A DNA stretch of 64,000 bases from Naegleria gruberi (taxonomy: Eukaryota), in NCBI GenBank assembly GCA_000004985.1, contig GG738897.1; one strand, given 5' to 3'. Shown in pieces: positions 33,952 to 45,500 of the stretch. The notes beneath the pieces were generated by a model. The model worked only from the letters and a program-made list of their open reading frames with translations, was not told the DNA's origin and ran no database searches. Position 1 is the stretch's first letter; every line of letters starts with the position of its first letter. The position numbers were made by a program, and so were the translations under genes.

Positions 33952-34557
33952 ACGAAAGTTGTTAAGGGAGGTTTTCAATCAGATTGGAAAGCAACTCCAT
34001 CCAATGATTCATCACCTTCTTCACCACCTGCTACTGGTTTAGTTTCCAATAAGAAGAAAAATGTGAAGAAACAAGCAAAGAATGTATTGATCAACACAAC
34101 AAGTTCTTCATTTTTCCCTTCCAGCAACGTAAGCTCAACTTTTGTATTCGAAACTAAACATTCCAAAAAGAATACGAAACAAGCCATGATCAACGCCAAT
34201 CAATTACCTTTACAAATTCCAAAATCAAACCACCATTCCACATCTTTCAATAATGTTCAACTCACCTGCTCTAATGCTCCTCCTAACAGTTTCCAACAAT
34301 TTAACATGTTGGTTTCAACTAAAGTCATTCCATTAGTAGATTATTCCCCAACCAATTTATCAACCCTTTCAAGCAGTTCATCACTTTCGAATACAGTTCA
34401 ATCTCCTGTTACTGAGTTTGATGCTTGTTCAGTTCAGAATAGTCCAAAATTATCAAACGAAACTTGTTTCAATAATACGATACAGAAAATTGAAAAGTCA
34501 AATAAGATGAAGAAACACAATAGAACTGCAATTTCTATCAGAGAATTATTAAATTAA
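33952..34557 (+). CDS. hypothetical S/T/N-rich protein; 5' end uncertain
   Basis: The track ORF starts on GTG. The reading frame is open back to 33952 without an ATG. A possible short first exon lies at 33542..33613 (MDSLMWSFSQEYNVKQQPSFKNFK|gtttgt), joining at acceptor cacacaatag|acgaaag in phase 0. This is low confidence. Confidence 0.3.
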   Translation, partial: TKVVKGGFQSDWKATPSNDSSPSSPPATGLVSNKKKNVKKQAKNVLINTTSSSFFPSSNVSSTFVFETKHSKKNTKQAMINANQLPLQIPKSNHHSTSFNNVQLTCSNAPPNSFQQFNMLVSTKVIPLVDYSPTNLSTLSSSSSLSNTVQSPVTEFDACSVQNSPKLSNETCFNNTIQKIEKSNKMKKHNRTAISIRELLN

Positions 34558-34839
34558 TAAACAATAAATCATCTAACGTTTCAGTTGAAAACTTAATATT
34601 TCTTTTGAAAAATGTATACGAAACTGTTTCAGATTGCTGTACTGGAAAGGTATTAGACCAACAACAAGAGGCGCCTCCAAGAAACGATACAGTTTTAATC
34701 AAATTAGAGAACTTTAACGTTTCCATGATATCAAATTCAACACGTTCAATTCCTCAATAATATCACATAAGGTACTTTTTTTACTTGACTGATTCAAAAC
34801 TCGAGAATATCTTTCAGTAAATTATTGAGCCATCATATT

Positions 34840-36511
34840 TCATTCCATTTCTAATTCTCTATTATTCACAATACTCAATATTTTCCTTGCTAATTCAGTC
34901 TCATTTGAAGAAGTTGATGACATCATTCCTTCAATAGTTTCAATGACTCCATAATCTTTGACGGATTGGATTACTGTTTCCTTGAAATGTGAATTCAAAA
35001 GTGCCTCAAGCCCTTGCAAACACATAGGAAAATATATATTGTCTGTAATCATTCCTTGATGGAATACTCCAACAACACTTCTATCGAGTAAATATTTTAC
35101 AACTTTCTCATTTGGCAAATCACAAATGTTTCTCACAGCCCAAAAGGCCTCTTTTTTTACTGAGACAGGTGATTCGTTGTTATTGAGAATGTCCAAAGCT
35201 TGCTGAACTAATCCTGCATCAATTGCCTTTTGCACTTGTGGAACAGTACCAGCAGTAATATTCGATAATATCCAAACAGCTTCCTTTTTCATTCCTTGTT
35301 TGGAATGGTCGAGTATTAGAGGTAATACCTCTAATAGACCTGATTCTAGCACATGATCTGTACTTGTGTCATTTCCAGATCCAATTACATTTCCAAGAAT
35401 ACGAAGAGCAGGACTAAATTAATTTTAAATAAATGAATTCTCTTGTATGCTTACCTTTGCACAGCATAACTGCTACCGTGATTGAGGAATGAAACCACTC
35501 TTTTGGTAACACCAGCATTTATGAACAGTTCTGTGGCTGTGTCATCCAGAGGTCTATCAAGTGCATGGGAGAGAGCCCAACAGGTATCAATAAGAACTTC
35601 TTCGTCAGTCTGGTTCTGGATTAGGTCAATCATTATTGGAAATGCATCTTTGACATATTCTATTGATACACTTGGTTTACCTCTCATCATATTTGCCAAT
35701 GCCCATGTTGCTTAATAAATGATTAAACGAATTGTAATCATATTAACCTACCATTTCTTAAGAAACTTAATCGGTAGGTCGTTGGGTTGGTTTTAAAAAA
35801 TGGTAACATTATTGATAGAGCCCCATGACTCAATACCAAATCTCTGTAACCTACACTGTCACCACAAATATTTCCTAATGCCCAAAAACATTGTTCCACT
35901 AAATCTGCACAACTTCCATTACATTCTATGAGTTTAAGGATTTTTTCAATACATCCCAATGAAACTACATGTTGAGTATGTGCGGATGATCCACTTGAAA
36001 CATTGGTCAATGCCCATACAGCTTCGAATTGTAATAGATTCAAGTTGAATCTAGTAATGGATTGAAGTTTCTTCACATTCGTCCTGGTGCTGCCTTCCGA
36101 AATATTAAAATATTTGGCAACCTCCTGTTCGTCAATGAGTTTAGCTAGCATTGTGGGTATCCCAGAATCAATCACTTGTGTAATCAGTTGATTAGAAATA
36201 TTTGTCAAAATTTTCCTCACTGTAGTAGCATAGTCCAAAATAGTGCTAAAATTATTACCATCCAAATCAAGATAATAACACATAATTCCTAGATTTCGCT
36301 CCGGGAGAGGCAAATCTTTCCTGGTGAGTTCTCTAGAATTGCAAAATCTTGCTCTTGATTTATTCAATAAATTATTTCTAACTTTTTGTTTTTGTAACCA
36401 AACCTCCTTTCTAGATGTTAATTTTGGTTTTCCTTCCTGATGATGATGATGATCGGTACCATTGTAGTTTTCAGTTGATGATAGAATTTCTTCAAAAGTT
36501 GGTCGGCTCAT
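34840..36511 (-). CDS. importin subunit alpha (karyopherin alpha)-like ARM-repeat protein, 529 aa, 3 exons: 35752..36511, 35455..35710, 34840..35413
   Basis: ARM repeats with the diagnostic motifs FEAVWALTNVSSGSSAHTQHVV and EQCFWALGNICGDSVGYRDLVL. The splice junction gives FLRN|ATWALANMMRGKP (importin-alpha NATWTLSNLCRNKNP). The second junction gives AVQ-S-PALRILGNVIGSGND, then KKEAVWILSNITAG and a C-terminal acidic tail. Both introns are 41 nt (gtaggt...attaag and gtaagc...aatttag). The spliced length is a multiple of 3 with all phases consistent. Confidence 0.8.
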
Positions 36512-36848
36512 TTTTTTTAAAGATCGAAGTTTTCTCGTACAAAATTTCTACTAATCAAAGGAAGGACAGTTGTTGATCTCGAGAAAGGAATATTGTTTTA
36601 GATATTTTCGTTTCAGCATTTGATAACTTTCATTTCTCAAGGTGGATTTTTCAAAATTGGCTTGCTATTTTGAGAAGGGATTGTTGTTAAAGAAACTCTG
36701 ATTTCATTTTCAAGATTATACCATTTTCCAACACAAGACAAACTCTACTGATGATAATAAATCATTTAGAATTGGATACTAATCCTCTTCTTCTCACAAT
36801 TTAAACATGAATTAATCTTTGAAAACTTAGAACGTCTAAGACAAAAAA

Positions 36849-38222
36849 ATGCTGCAATACCAAACCGATAATAGTACTAATGAAGAGAATGCACAACCAA
36901 TTAGAAAGCCTACTGAGGAGGTAAAACATGAACTTAAACAAGACCCATTCTTCACACTTAGACACAAAATCGTTTTGGAAGAGGGGAGTATGAGCCAATT
37001 GATAGAACAAAACAACTACTTGGCCAAAAATCCTCCCGAGCAACCAGATGACTTAAGGGATTGGATTTATACACTGTGGATTCTATCTGATATTGGCAAA
37101 GAACCAGCTGCTAATGCACACCAAGCGTTTCTCCTTTCAAAAAAGACAGAGAATGGTCAGTACATAATACCATCAGCTTGTAGGTTAATCGTTAACGCTT
37201 ATGAAGGTTGGAGTAAGGATGAAATAGTTAATGAAATTCTATGTCCACAATCAAAACCAGGAGAGTTTAAACGGGATTTATTGTTGTGCTCTGAAGCTCT
37301 TCTTCTTATTTACATCAAAAAGAGCCTCTTTCTTGATCAAGCTATCAGGTTTTGTTTCATTGCCTCACTGTTCGGCAAGAAGCGTTGCTGGCACCAACTT
37401 CAGTTTCAAATGTTTAAATCAAAGCAAGAACAATCTTATGAAGAAATAATGAAAGATTTAAGAATGCAGGTAACGTATGGTCTCTTGCTTGAAAATCATT
37501 TAGTCCAACATCAACAAAGGATACTAGAGTGTGTCCAAAATGAAAATCAAATATATTTGCCAGAAAAGAAACGAGAACGTGTTACTGAACTGATGAAAGG
37601 ATTGCAACTCGTTACAAAATTGGTAAAGCAAAAAAATAATCCAACTCTGGAACTAGAAGAGCTGATTCTAAACGGTGTTTTAGATGAGGAAAAATTCATG
37701 ATGATTATGGCTTCTAAACCTTCCTTTGCAAACTGCTTACGTTTGTTCTATGCTCTTCCTGGATTGAAATCTTCCATATCAAAAATAAATATTGAAGATG
37801 AATGGGGGGCTGAAGATGGTAAATGTGACGAAAGCAGAACTTGCCTTTCATTTTACTATGTTTCTGCCATTCATGAACGATGGGAACCTAACATATATCA
37901 ATTTGTTATGAGTGAAGCAGATATTACAATGTATGGAGGTGCTATTGAGAATTTAGTCGAGCATTTTATCAAATTAAAAGAAGAGGCATTTGCAATAGCT
38001 CTGTTAGAAGAGTGCGTAAAATTTGAGACACATTTTGTGGAAAATATCTACGAATCAGCCGAAAGAAAGTCAACAGTTTTGTACAAATGTAGAAAGTATT
38101 TGGAGTGGTGCATGAAGTTGAATAATGAAGGAGAACAAGGTTGGCTTGAAAAATTGAATGAAATTGATAAAAAAAGGGAAAACCTTGAAATCAAACATAC
38201 CTGGACTGACAGCGATTACTAA
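36849..38222 (+). CDS. hypothetical protein (457 aa), largely alpha-helical
   Basis: Continuous ORF from aaaaaaATG. Non-repetitive, with no motif I can name confidently. Confidence 0.5.
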   Translation: MLQYQTDNSTNEENAQPIRKPTEEVKHELKQDPFFTLRHKIVLEEGSMSQLIEQNNYLAKNPPEQPDDLRDWIYTLWILSDIGKEPAANAHQAFLLSKKTENGQYIIPSACRLIVNAYEGWSKDEIVNEILCPQSKPGEFKRDLLLCSEALLLIYIKKSLFLDQAIRFCFIASLFGKKRCWHQLQFQMFKSKQEQSYEEIMKDLRMQVTYGLLLENHLVQHQQRILECVQNENQIYLPEKKRERVTELMKGLQLVTKLVKQKNNPTLELEELILNGVLDEEKFMMIMASKPSFANCLRLFYALPGLKSSISKINIEDEWGAEDGKCDESRTCLSFYYVSAIHERWEPNIYQFVMSEADITMYGGAIENLVEHFIKLKEEAFAIALLEECVKFETHFVENIYESAERKSTVLYKCRKYLEWCMKLNNEGEQGWLEKLNEIDKKRENLEIKHTWTDSDY

Positions 38223-38355
38223 GTGTATAATTGCAATTCCAGAAATTACCTCAAAGCGTTCCTAATTCTTTTACTTAATTGAATTAATTCTCCATAATTT
38301 GAGTATTCCATACTTATTGAAACATTTAAAGGAATTTAGATATTTGTGAAACACT

Positions 38356-39675
38356 TTAAATGTTGCACTTGTTGTTTGGATCCAAATAAAAGTGTTCTCT
38401 CTGTTTTAAATAGTTCAATTTTTGTCTGGACATCCATACACCATTAATATGGAAGAGAACCATTTCATTCTTTCCTGTTTCATCAATTTCTGGTCCCACA
38501 ATAGCTGTGTATTGACACTTATTAGGGAACTTTTGTACTGGAAGATATCCAATTGAGTTTACAAAATCCATGTTACCATTCTTCTTTAATTTAGTAACGA
38601 GAGCGTTAAGAATAGCTTGATCATTGGTTGGTTCGGTTCTTCCATTTGGATTAGGACCATCCAATAAAGAAACGTCAACTGGAATGAACATGGTCAAAAT
38701 ATCAATCAGTATTGGTTTCATCCAAGTTTCTAAAAATTGAATGGACTTTGGTTCTGATTTAACATAATAGACACCAGTATTAATCTTAATATCATCCCTA
38801 TGGAGTGATTCGTAGGTTCCACAAGTTTCAATTTGGAAAATAATGTCGAATTTAGATGTATCTGGATAGGTCCTCATGAAATCTGTTGGATTCTGGAAGA
38901 GAACTACATCCAAATCGCTGAATAGTACATTAAATCCTTTCTTTACACATTTCCATACCATAATAGGTTTCAGCAATGTAACAAATTCCCAATGTTTGGT
39001 AAATAATTCCCTCTGAATAACATTCTCTCCCTTTTCCTTGAATTGTTCCATAAAATTCTTGTAAAACTTTTCGACATCCTTATCCAATTGATCCAATCGA
39101 GTCTCCTCCATAAAATCAATAACCAATTGTGGAATTTCCTTTGGCGTGAATGGAATAATTCTCATCTCTTCCTCTTCTTTAATCATCTCTACAGGAATAT
39201 CAGTCAAACTTGAATAAATCCTCTTTTTCAAATTCTTCATGATGGAACCATCAAGCTCATCCAAATCAACAAAGACAAACAAGACAAAATTATCAATCCT
39301 ATTCTTTTTCAATCCACAAATCCACTGTTTAGCCATAATCCAATAAGTAGGAAGCTTATTTTTCATATCCTCCGAAGATGACGAATCCAAAATTTGTTTT
39401 AAATTCTCCACAGAAAGTAACCCTAGAATTATATCATTTTGCTTTTGTATCTTTTTCAGAGTTTGTGTGGATATAAAGGATGATAATGATGAATCTGTTA
39501 ATATTGGCGCCGATGATTGTATTAAATTATTTTCATCCTTTGAAAGGCTTGTTTCTTGTTGGTAAATTGATGAAGGTTTAATCCACCAAATAATCATCAC
39601 AATAGTCAATATTATTCCCACGATCAAGTACCATCTTTTCCGAGTATTGGATTTGTCTTGATAGGCTTTAAACAT
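38356..39675 (-). CDS. type II membrane glycosyltransferase, nucleotide-diphospho-sugar transferase (PF03407/GT77-like) family (439 aa)
   Basis: ATG in aaaaaaATG context. Short cytoplasmic tail, signal-anchor WYLIVGIILTIVMIIWWI, then a luminal catalytic domain. It has the DxD-type motif NVLFSDLDVVLF, then NTGVYYVKS and further conserved blocks typical of dictyostelid/plant GT77 Golgi transferases. Confidence 0.6.
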   Translation of the reverse strand: MFKAYQDKSNTRKRWYLIVGIILTIVMIIWWIKPSSIYQQETSLSKDENNLIQSSAPILTDSSLSSFISTQTLKKIQKQNDIILGLLSVENLKQILDSSSSEDMKNKLPTYWIMAKQWICGLKKNRIDNFVLFVFVDLDELDGSIMKNLKKRIYSSLTDIPVEMIKEEEEMRIIPFTPKEIPQLVIDFMEETRLDQLDKDVEKFYKNFMEQFKEKGENVIQRELFTKHWEFVTLLKPIMVWKCVKKGFNVLFSDLDVVLFQNPTDFMRTYPDTSKFDIIFQIETCGTYESLHRDDIKINTGVYYVKSEPKSIQFLETWMKPILIDILTMFIPVDVSLLDGPNPNGRTEPTNDQAILNALVTKLKKNGNMDFVNSIGYLPVQKFPNKCQYTAIVGPEIDETGKNEMVLFHINGVWMSRQKLNYLKQREHFYLDPNNKCNI

Positions 39676-39689
39676 TTTTTTAAATTTAT

Positions 39690-40046
39690 TTACAATTTAA
39701 TATTTATTAAACTGTTACTATTTTGTAATTTTGATTTTGAATTAGACTCCTTACCATTCTTTAAAGGTTGTGGTACAAGTTTAAGTTTCACCCATATCCT
39801 CATGATTTTATTATATGGAGTCTTAATTATTGTAATTAATAGAAAGTATCTTGGTTTGAAGAAGCTATTGAATGCGTTAGGTTTCGTTTTGTTTTCCAGA
39901 GCTTTAGTGAGTCCACCAAGTACTCTCTTTTCAAAGAATTGTTTGTATGTGATACCTGGTTGGACAGAAGTATCATGTTTGATAACATGTCCATTTCCAT
40001 CCACCATGATGTTTTCTCCAATTATTATGATGCATTCCTTTTTCAA
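39690..40046 (-). CDS. upstream ORF (~105 aa from first ATG) immediately 5' of the glycosyltransferase gene; independent small protein or spliced N-terminal extension
   Basis: Same strand as the GT gene, with its stop 15 nt before the GT ATG. The protein is non-repetitive (MVDGNGHVIKHDTSVQPGITYKQFFEKRVLGGLTKALENK...). A donor aagaatg|gtaagg and acceptor tttaaag|cc could splice it in frame onto the GT ORF. Confidence 0.25.
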   Translation of the reverse strand: MKKECIIIIGENIMVDGNGHVIKHDTSVQPGITYKQFFEKRVLGGLTKALENKTKPNAFNSFFKPRYFLLITIIKTPYNKIMRIWVKLKLVPQPLKNGKESNSKSKLQNSNSLINIKL

Positions 40047-40852
40047 AACATGAAAACGAATTCCGAATTCCTTTCAAATTAGAATTGAAAAGCATGCATG
40101 TTATTTCTGCTCATGATGGTTAAATACCTCATGTATCCTCAATTACATCATCCACATGAAGATCATTTTATGGCCACACACTCTGGCAAAGTTATCAAGC
40201 TCTGTACGTATCTGACATTGTCTCCAAAGGTTCACCTCTTATCACCCTTTTTAGTGAAAAAACATTATCACTGCGTTTGATAATTCAAATCAGGCCATTT
40301 TGATAGGAGTGGAATTGAACTTGAAAGACAAGTATGAAATACATCCCTACAACCGTGTCGCATGTATAAATCTCTTAATACATGAATTGTAGATGTTAAG
40401 GCATGTTATGAATGTTACATCTTTTTTTCTGTAGTTTACAAATTTCAAAGCCACCATCAACAAACAACACATGTTGTGTGTTAATGCGCATGGATCATGT
40501 TGAGAATGAGGTTGTGGTGTGTGATGTTTCGCAGTTAAAGCAGTTATTGGCTTCGTCTTCAATTATAAAAGTGCAATGATATTGCTTTACCTGGCTATTA
40601 GAAACCAAACTTTGAAATTTTAATAATTCCCTTATTCCCTCATATTCCTCTCAATTAAGAAAATTGAATAGTGCTGTAGATGGACACCTTTATTAAGGTA
40701 TCACACTTTCCAATCTCTAGCTCGTAATAATTGTGCTCTAACAGTAAATTCTTCAAGTTCAATCCCACTCCTTTCAGCTAACCCAAAGAATGCCCAATTT
40801 GGTTGTTTTTACCTTCCTATCTGGGAGATAGAACCAATCCCCATTAAAAAAA

Positions 40853-42166
40853 ATGTCGCAACCAAACTATCTCTCAAACTCTGAGAGTAATATTAGCAGT
40901 TACAACAACATTGATGACACATCTATGAGTTCACCAACTTCAATACATGCATCAACACCAGCATCATCATCAACTATTGAATTGTTGGCCACAACAATGT
41001 TTAATAAGGGACTTGATACATGCTCCAGTACCATCCTGATGTATAATGAAGATGCCAAATACGAAGATAAGAATCATGTTGATATCAGCAACGGAACATG
41101 CCAAGAAGACAAACAAAAGCAACAAAACCAAAGCATGGAAGATGGTTTCCATACGTTTAGAAAATTCAGTGTTCCATTCATTGAAGGGATTAAATTCTCA
41201 GCACAGGATGATGAAGAATGTGATTTCAAGTTGATTGGAAAGGAATACAAGTATTCATTATTTGATGGGAAGGATCATTCGGCCATGTATGAGAGATATA
41301 GACCCAGATATCCACCTGCTCTTTTCGATAAGATGATCATGCCCAAGCTGGAAGGATTCGCTTCTAAAGTTGTTGTGGATGTTGCATGTGGACCAGGTAA
41401 TGCAACCTTTGATTTGGCCAAGAGATGTGATTTTGTTATTGGAGCTGATATTTCACAAGCACAGATTGATAAAGCAGAGAGGATTTTAGGAGAACATCGA
41501 GATGAATTTCCAAATCTCATATTTGATTGTGCATGTGCTGAGAATCTTACAGATCTAGTGGAAAAGCATCGATCGACTTTGAAGAAATATCAGCATGAAG
41601 TTTCTCATTCAACATGTGATGATGAGAATAATAGTAATAATCAACAACAGGAAGAGGAGAATTATGAATTTTTTGATTTGATCACAGTTGCATGTTCATT
41701 GCATTGGTTTGATTTTGAAAAGTTCTTTGCTCAGGCAGATAAAGTCCTCAAGAAGGGAGGTTATCTGATTGCATGGACCTATTTTCTCAATACATTTTCG
41801 AATGAGAAGGCAGAGCAGATTATTACTGATTTTTATAATAGTGATGAATTGAAATCTTGTTGGACACCTAGGAAAACATTCTTGGATCACAAATATAGAA
41901 ATATTCCATACGTTCCATATGAGGATAATATGGAATTTGTTACCTTTACCTACTCTTCACAAATACCTTTGGGAGATTACATTGGGTTTTTGAAAACTTT
42001 GAGTGTAGTTCAAAAGTATGGAGACATGTATGGAATTGAAAAGAAGGATCAATTCATGTCACGTCTAACTGCTCAACTCTCTGAAGCTTTGAATATTCAC
42101 AGTGAAGAAGAACTGATGGAATTCAGTTTACCATTCGTTTTCCTCGTAACTAGAAAACACACCTAA
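40853..42166 (+). CDS. class I S-adenosylmethionine-dependent methyltransferase (437 aa)
   Basis: Motif I VVDVACGPGNATFDLAKRC, then post-I FVIGADIS, then LITVACSLHWFD...KVLKKGGYLIAWTY (motifs II/III of Methyltransf_11/25-type enzymes). The N-terminal ~140 aa are S/N-rich. Confidence 0.7.
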   Translation: MSQPNYLSNSESNISSYNNIDDTSMSSPTSIHASTPASSSTIELLATTMFNKGLDTCSSTILMYNEDAKYEDKNHVDISNGTCQEDKQKQQNQSMEDGFHTFRKFSVPFIEGIKFSAQDDEECDFKLIGKEYKYSLFDGKDHSAMYERYRPRYPPALFDKMIMPKLEGFASKVVVDVACGPGNATFDLAKRCDFVIGADISQAQIDKAERILGEHRDEFPNLIFDCACAENLTDLVEKHRSTLKKYQHEVSHSTCDDENNSNNQQQEEENYEFFDLITVACSLHWFDFEKFFAQADKVLKKGGYLIAWTYFLNTFSNEKAEQIITDFYNSDELKSCWTPRKTFLDHKYRNIPYVPYEDNMEFVTFTYSSQIPLGDYIGFLKTLSVVQKYGDMYGIEKKDQFMSRLTAQLSEALNIHSEEELMEFSLPFVFLVTRKHT

Positions 42167-42584
42167 TTCTGAAATCTTTCTCTAACTCAATCACCATTAT
42201 CAGCTTTTTGAATACTGCAAAATCTAGGAGAATTTACAAATCATCTAGCAAGCTACGCTTAACCAATACCAAGGAATAATGATTTCATATTTCAGAATTG
42301 AAAATCATTCTCGAGCAACTTTTGTAATTCATGAATCTCACAAACTAAACACCTCAAAGGCTCTTCTTCAAAAACCAAATTGAACCAATAAATTGAATTA
42401 CAATGACAGTATCCAACTTCAATTTGCAGGATTTTGCTCGATTTTCAAAAACTCACAGCACAAAAACGAATAAATAGCAAGAAGAATCGTGCTTGCGGAG
42501 ATTCATAAATAAATAATAATTTGCCGCAAAAAAACAACACCACAACAATCACCACATCTATTAACTCCGATTGTTTAATTGATA

Positions 42585-45500
42585 ATGAAAATGGAGGAGG
42601 AACAAGATGTTTCCTCCATGTCGCAACAACAATCGAGTGGTGCAAGAATAAGTGAAGAAGAAGTTATTATAGAAGGGGAAGAAGTGATGGTTCCGATGAC
42701 GTCCATGGAAGAAGAAAACAATACTCTTCTAATACCTAATTATGAACATTTCCCTTCCGATGATGATAGTGTGGAGAGGGAAAATTCTCATCGAGACATG
42801 ATAGACAATTTTAAAGATGGAATTGATATATCATCACCTGAAGATTATGAACATTCGAGTGGGATCATTTCAAAGCTTTTCTTTTCCTTCCTTGATCCAC
42901 TGATTAAGGTTGGTTATAAGAAGGGAGGCAGGAATGATAAACCCTTCGCTGGTATTGTTCAATTAATTAGAAAATTATTAATTTATTTGAAAATAAGGAA
43001 GGAAAATCAAGAGATTGAGGATAATTTTGAAGGATTGCAACACTCTGATATTCCCAAATTACCAAAACATATTCAGACCGATAATATTTATCCAATATTT
43101 GAAAAGAGTTTTAAACATGTCTATCTTAAAAAGAGGAGATACTATTCGGAGGCTGGAAATTTATGGAGTAGTAATGGAACTCTGTTAATTAGAGTTATAG
43201 AGAAGGTATTTAGGTGGAGAGGATTTTATTCTATTGCTCTTTGGAGGATTATTTCAATTATTGCGACATATATTGCACCATTAATTTTGTACATTTTGTT
43301 GGAAGCTATTAGAACTCATTCAAGTGAGGATTCTAATATTAATGTTAATAAGAATCAAACGGAACCAATTCAGAATTCAACACTACCTTTATACTTTATG
43401 GGAATTACTTATATGGAAAATTCCTCTTCAATTGTAAATGCCACATTAATTGAGTCATATCTGCCTCTGTCTAATATTTATTTCCAATTCTCATTGCTAT
43501 GCTTCCTCTTTATTTCTAGCTCTTTCTCATTTATATTTCAACAACACTACTTTTTTGGAAGTTGTAAAGTATGGTTGGGAGTTAAAAATTCTCTACAGGC
43601 ATCAATATTTCAAAAATTAACAAGAATAACTCCCTCAGCAAGAAGCAAGTTTGAAAGTGGAGAGTTGACCAATTTATTTTCTACGGATACTAACAGATTA
43701 GCTGGTGTGATTATTGAACTACACGATCTGTGGTTAACACCAATTATGATTATTGTTGGAATGACTCTAATTATTCTCTTCTTTGGATTTAGTGCAGTGG
43801 CTGGTATTTTAGCCATGATTGCTTTTGCTCCAGTTCTAGGAGTGCTTGCTAAACTATTGACAAAAATTGAAACTGAATTGTCCAAACACAAAGACGAAAG
43901 AATTAAGGTTATGAGTGAAATTTTGAACGGTATCAGAATTGTTAAATTCTTTGTTTTTGAAGACAAAATGAAGGAACGTGTCTATGATGCCAGAGCTAAG
44001 GAATATCAAGGTTTAAGAAAAGGAGCTCTCATAAGATGTTTCCAATTACTAACTTCAGCCACCACCTCAGTTGTTGGAAGTGGTGTTACCTTCATTTCTC
44101 ATTACTATATGGGTGGTGAATTAACCATGTCGAATATGTTCACTGGACTAGTACTTTTCGAAACTTTCAGAACTCCTCTTTTCAACTATCCTAATTATCT
44201 TTCAATGGCAGTAACTGCATACGTAAGTGCTAAGAGAATTGGTAATTTCCTCTTTGCTGATGAAATTACCTCACTGCCTCACGATCCAGAAAATAAGTCA
44301 AATCTCTTCAAAGCAGAAGAAAACAAAGACCTAAATGATAGTATCTCAAGTCCGCTAGTTGATTTTGCAATCAAGTTTAAGAATGCAACCATATCATGGG
44401 GTGAGCATTCAAGCCCAATTCTCAAGAATATTAACTTGACTCTCGAAAAAGGAAAACTCTATTGTTTGATTGGTAATACTGGTTCAGGTAAAAGTAGTTT
44501 ATTTTCCTCAATTTATGGTGATACAGTTATTGTCAATGGCTCCGTCTCTGTAAATCCATACTCCAAACTTACACTCAGTGATGAAAATCCTTGGATGATC
44601 AATGGAACTGTAAGAGAAAACATAATATTCGACAAATCTCTTGACTTTGATTCTGAAAAATATGAAAAGGTTTTGGATGTATGTCAGCTTCGTTCTGACT
44701 TGGCAGGTTTCCAAAATTATGACCAATCTGAAATTGGTTACTCTGGCATTAACCTCTCCCTAGGTCAAAAACATAGAATAGGTTTGGCCAGAGCTTGTTA
44801 CTCCAACTCGGATATTATCTTGATGGATTCCTCACTAAATTCAATCGATGCTCGTCTCTGTAAGAAAATATTCAGAGATTGCATTATGGATTACCTTAAG
44901 GATAGAACTAGAATACTCATTACACACTCACTGCAATTGTTGAAAATGGCTGATGAAGTTATTGTCTTGCAGCAAGGTGAGATTGTAGCCAAGGGTCCTC
45001 TCAAAGATATTATGGATTCATATGATTTTTCCAAGTTGATTACTGAAGACGATAACAATGAAAAAAGTGAAGAATCGTCTCCAGAAATTTCTGAAGAAAA
45101 ACCCAAATCAAAGACAACTGAGAAAGGATCTGAATCTAAAGGAAAGCTTGTCCTGAATGAAGAGAGAACCACTGGTAATATTTCATGGGGTATATTCTAT
45201 GATTATTTGAAAGAATATGGCATTTCATTAATCTTGTTGTGCATTTTCCTTTCTTTTGCATCACTTGGTACTAAATTACTGAGTCAGATGTGGATTTCCT
45301 TTATGAATATGAACACATTCCAAATGTCCATTGCCAATTATGTTTGGATTTATCTAGTGATTGGATGTCTTGATTCCCTCATTCTATTTATCAGAAGTGG
45401 TTTCTACTCGTATGGTTCTCTTAAAAGCTCACTCAAACTCCACAACAAAATGTTGGAAGGTGTTTTAAGGGCTCCAATTTTATTCTTCGATCAAAATCCT

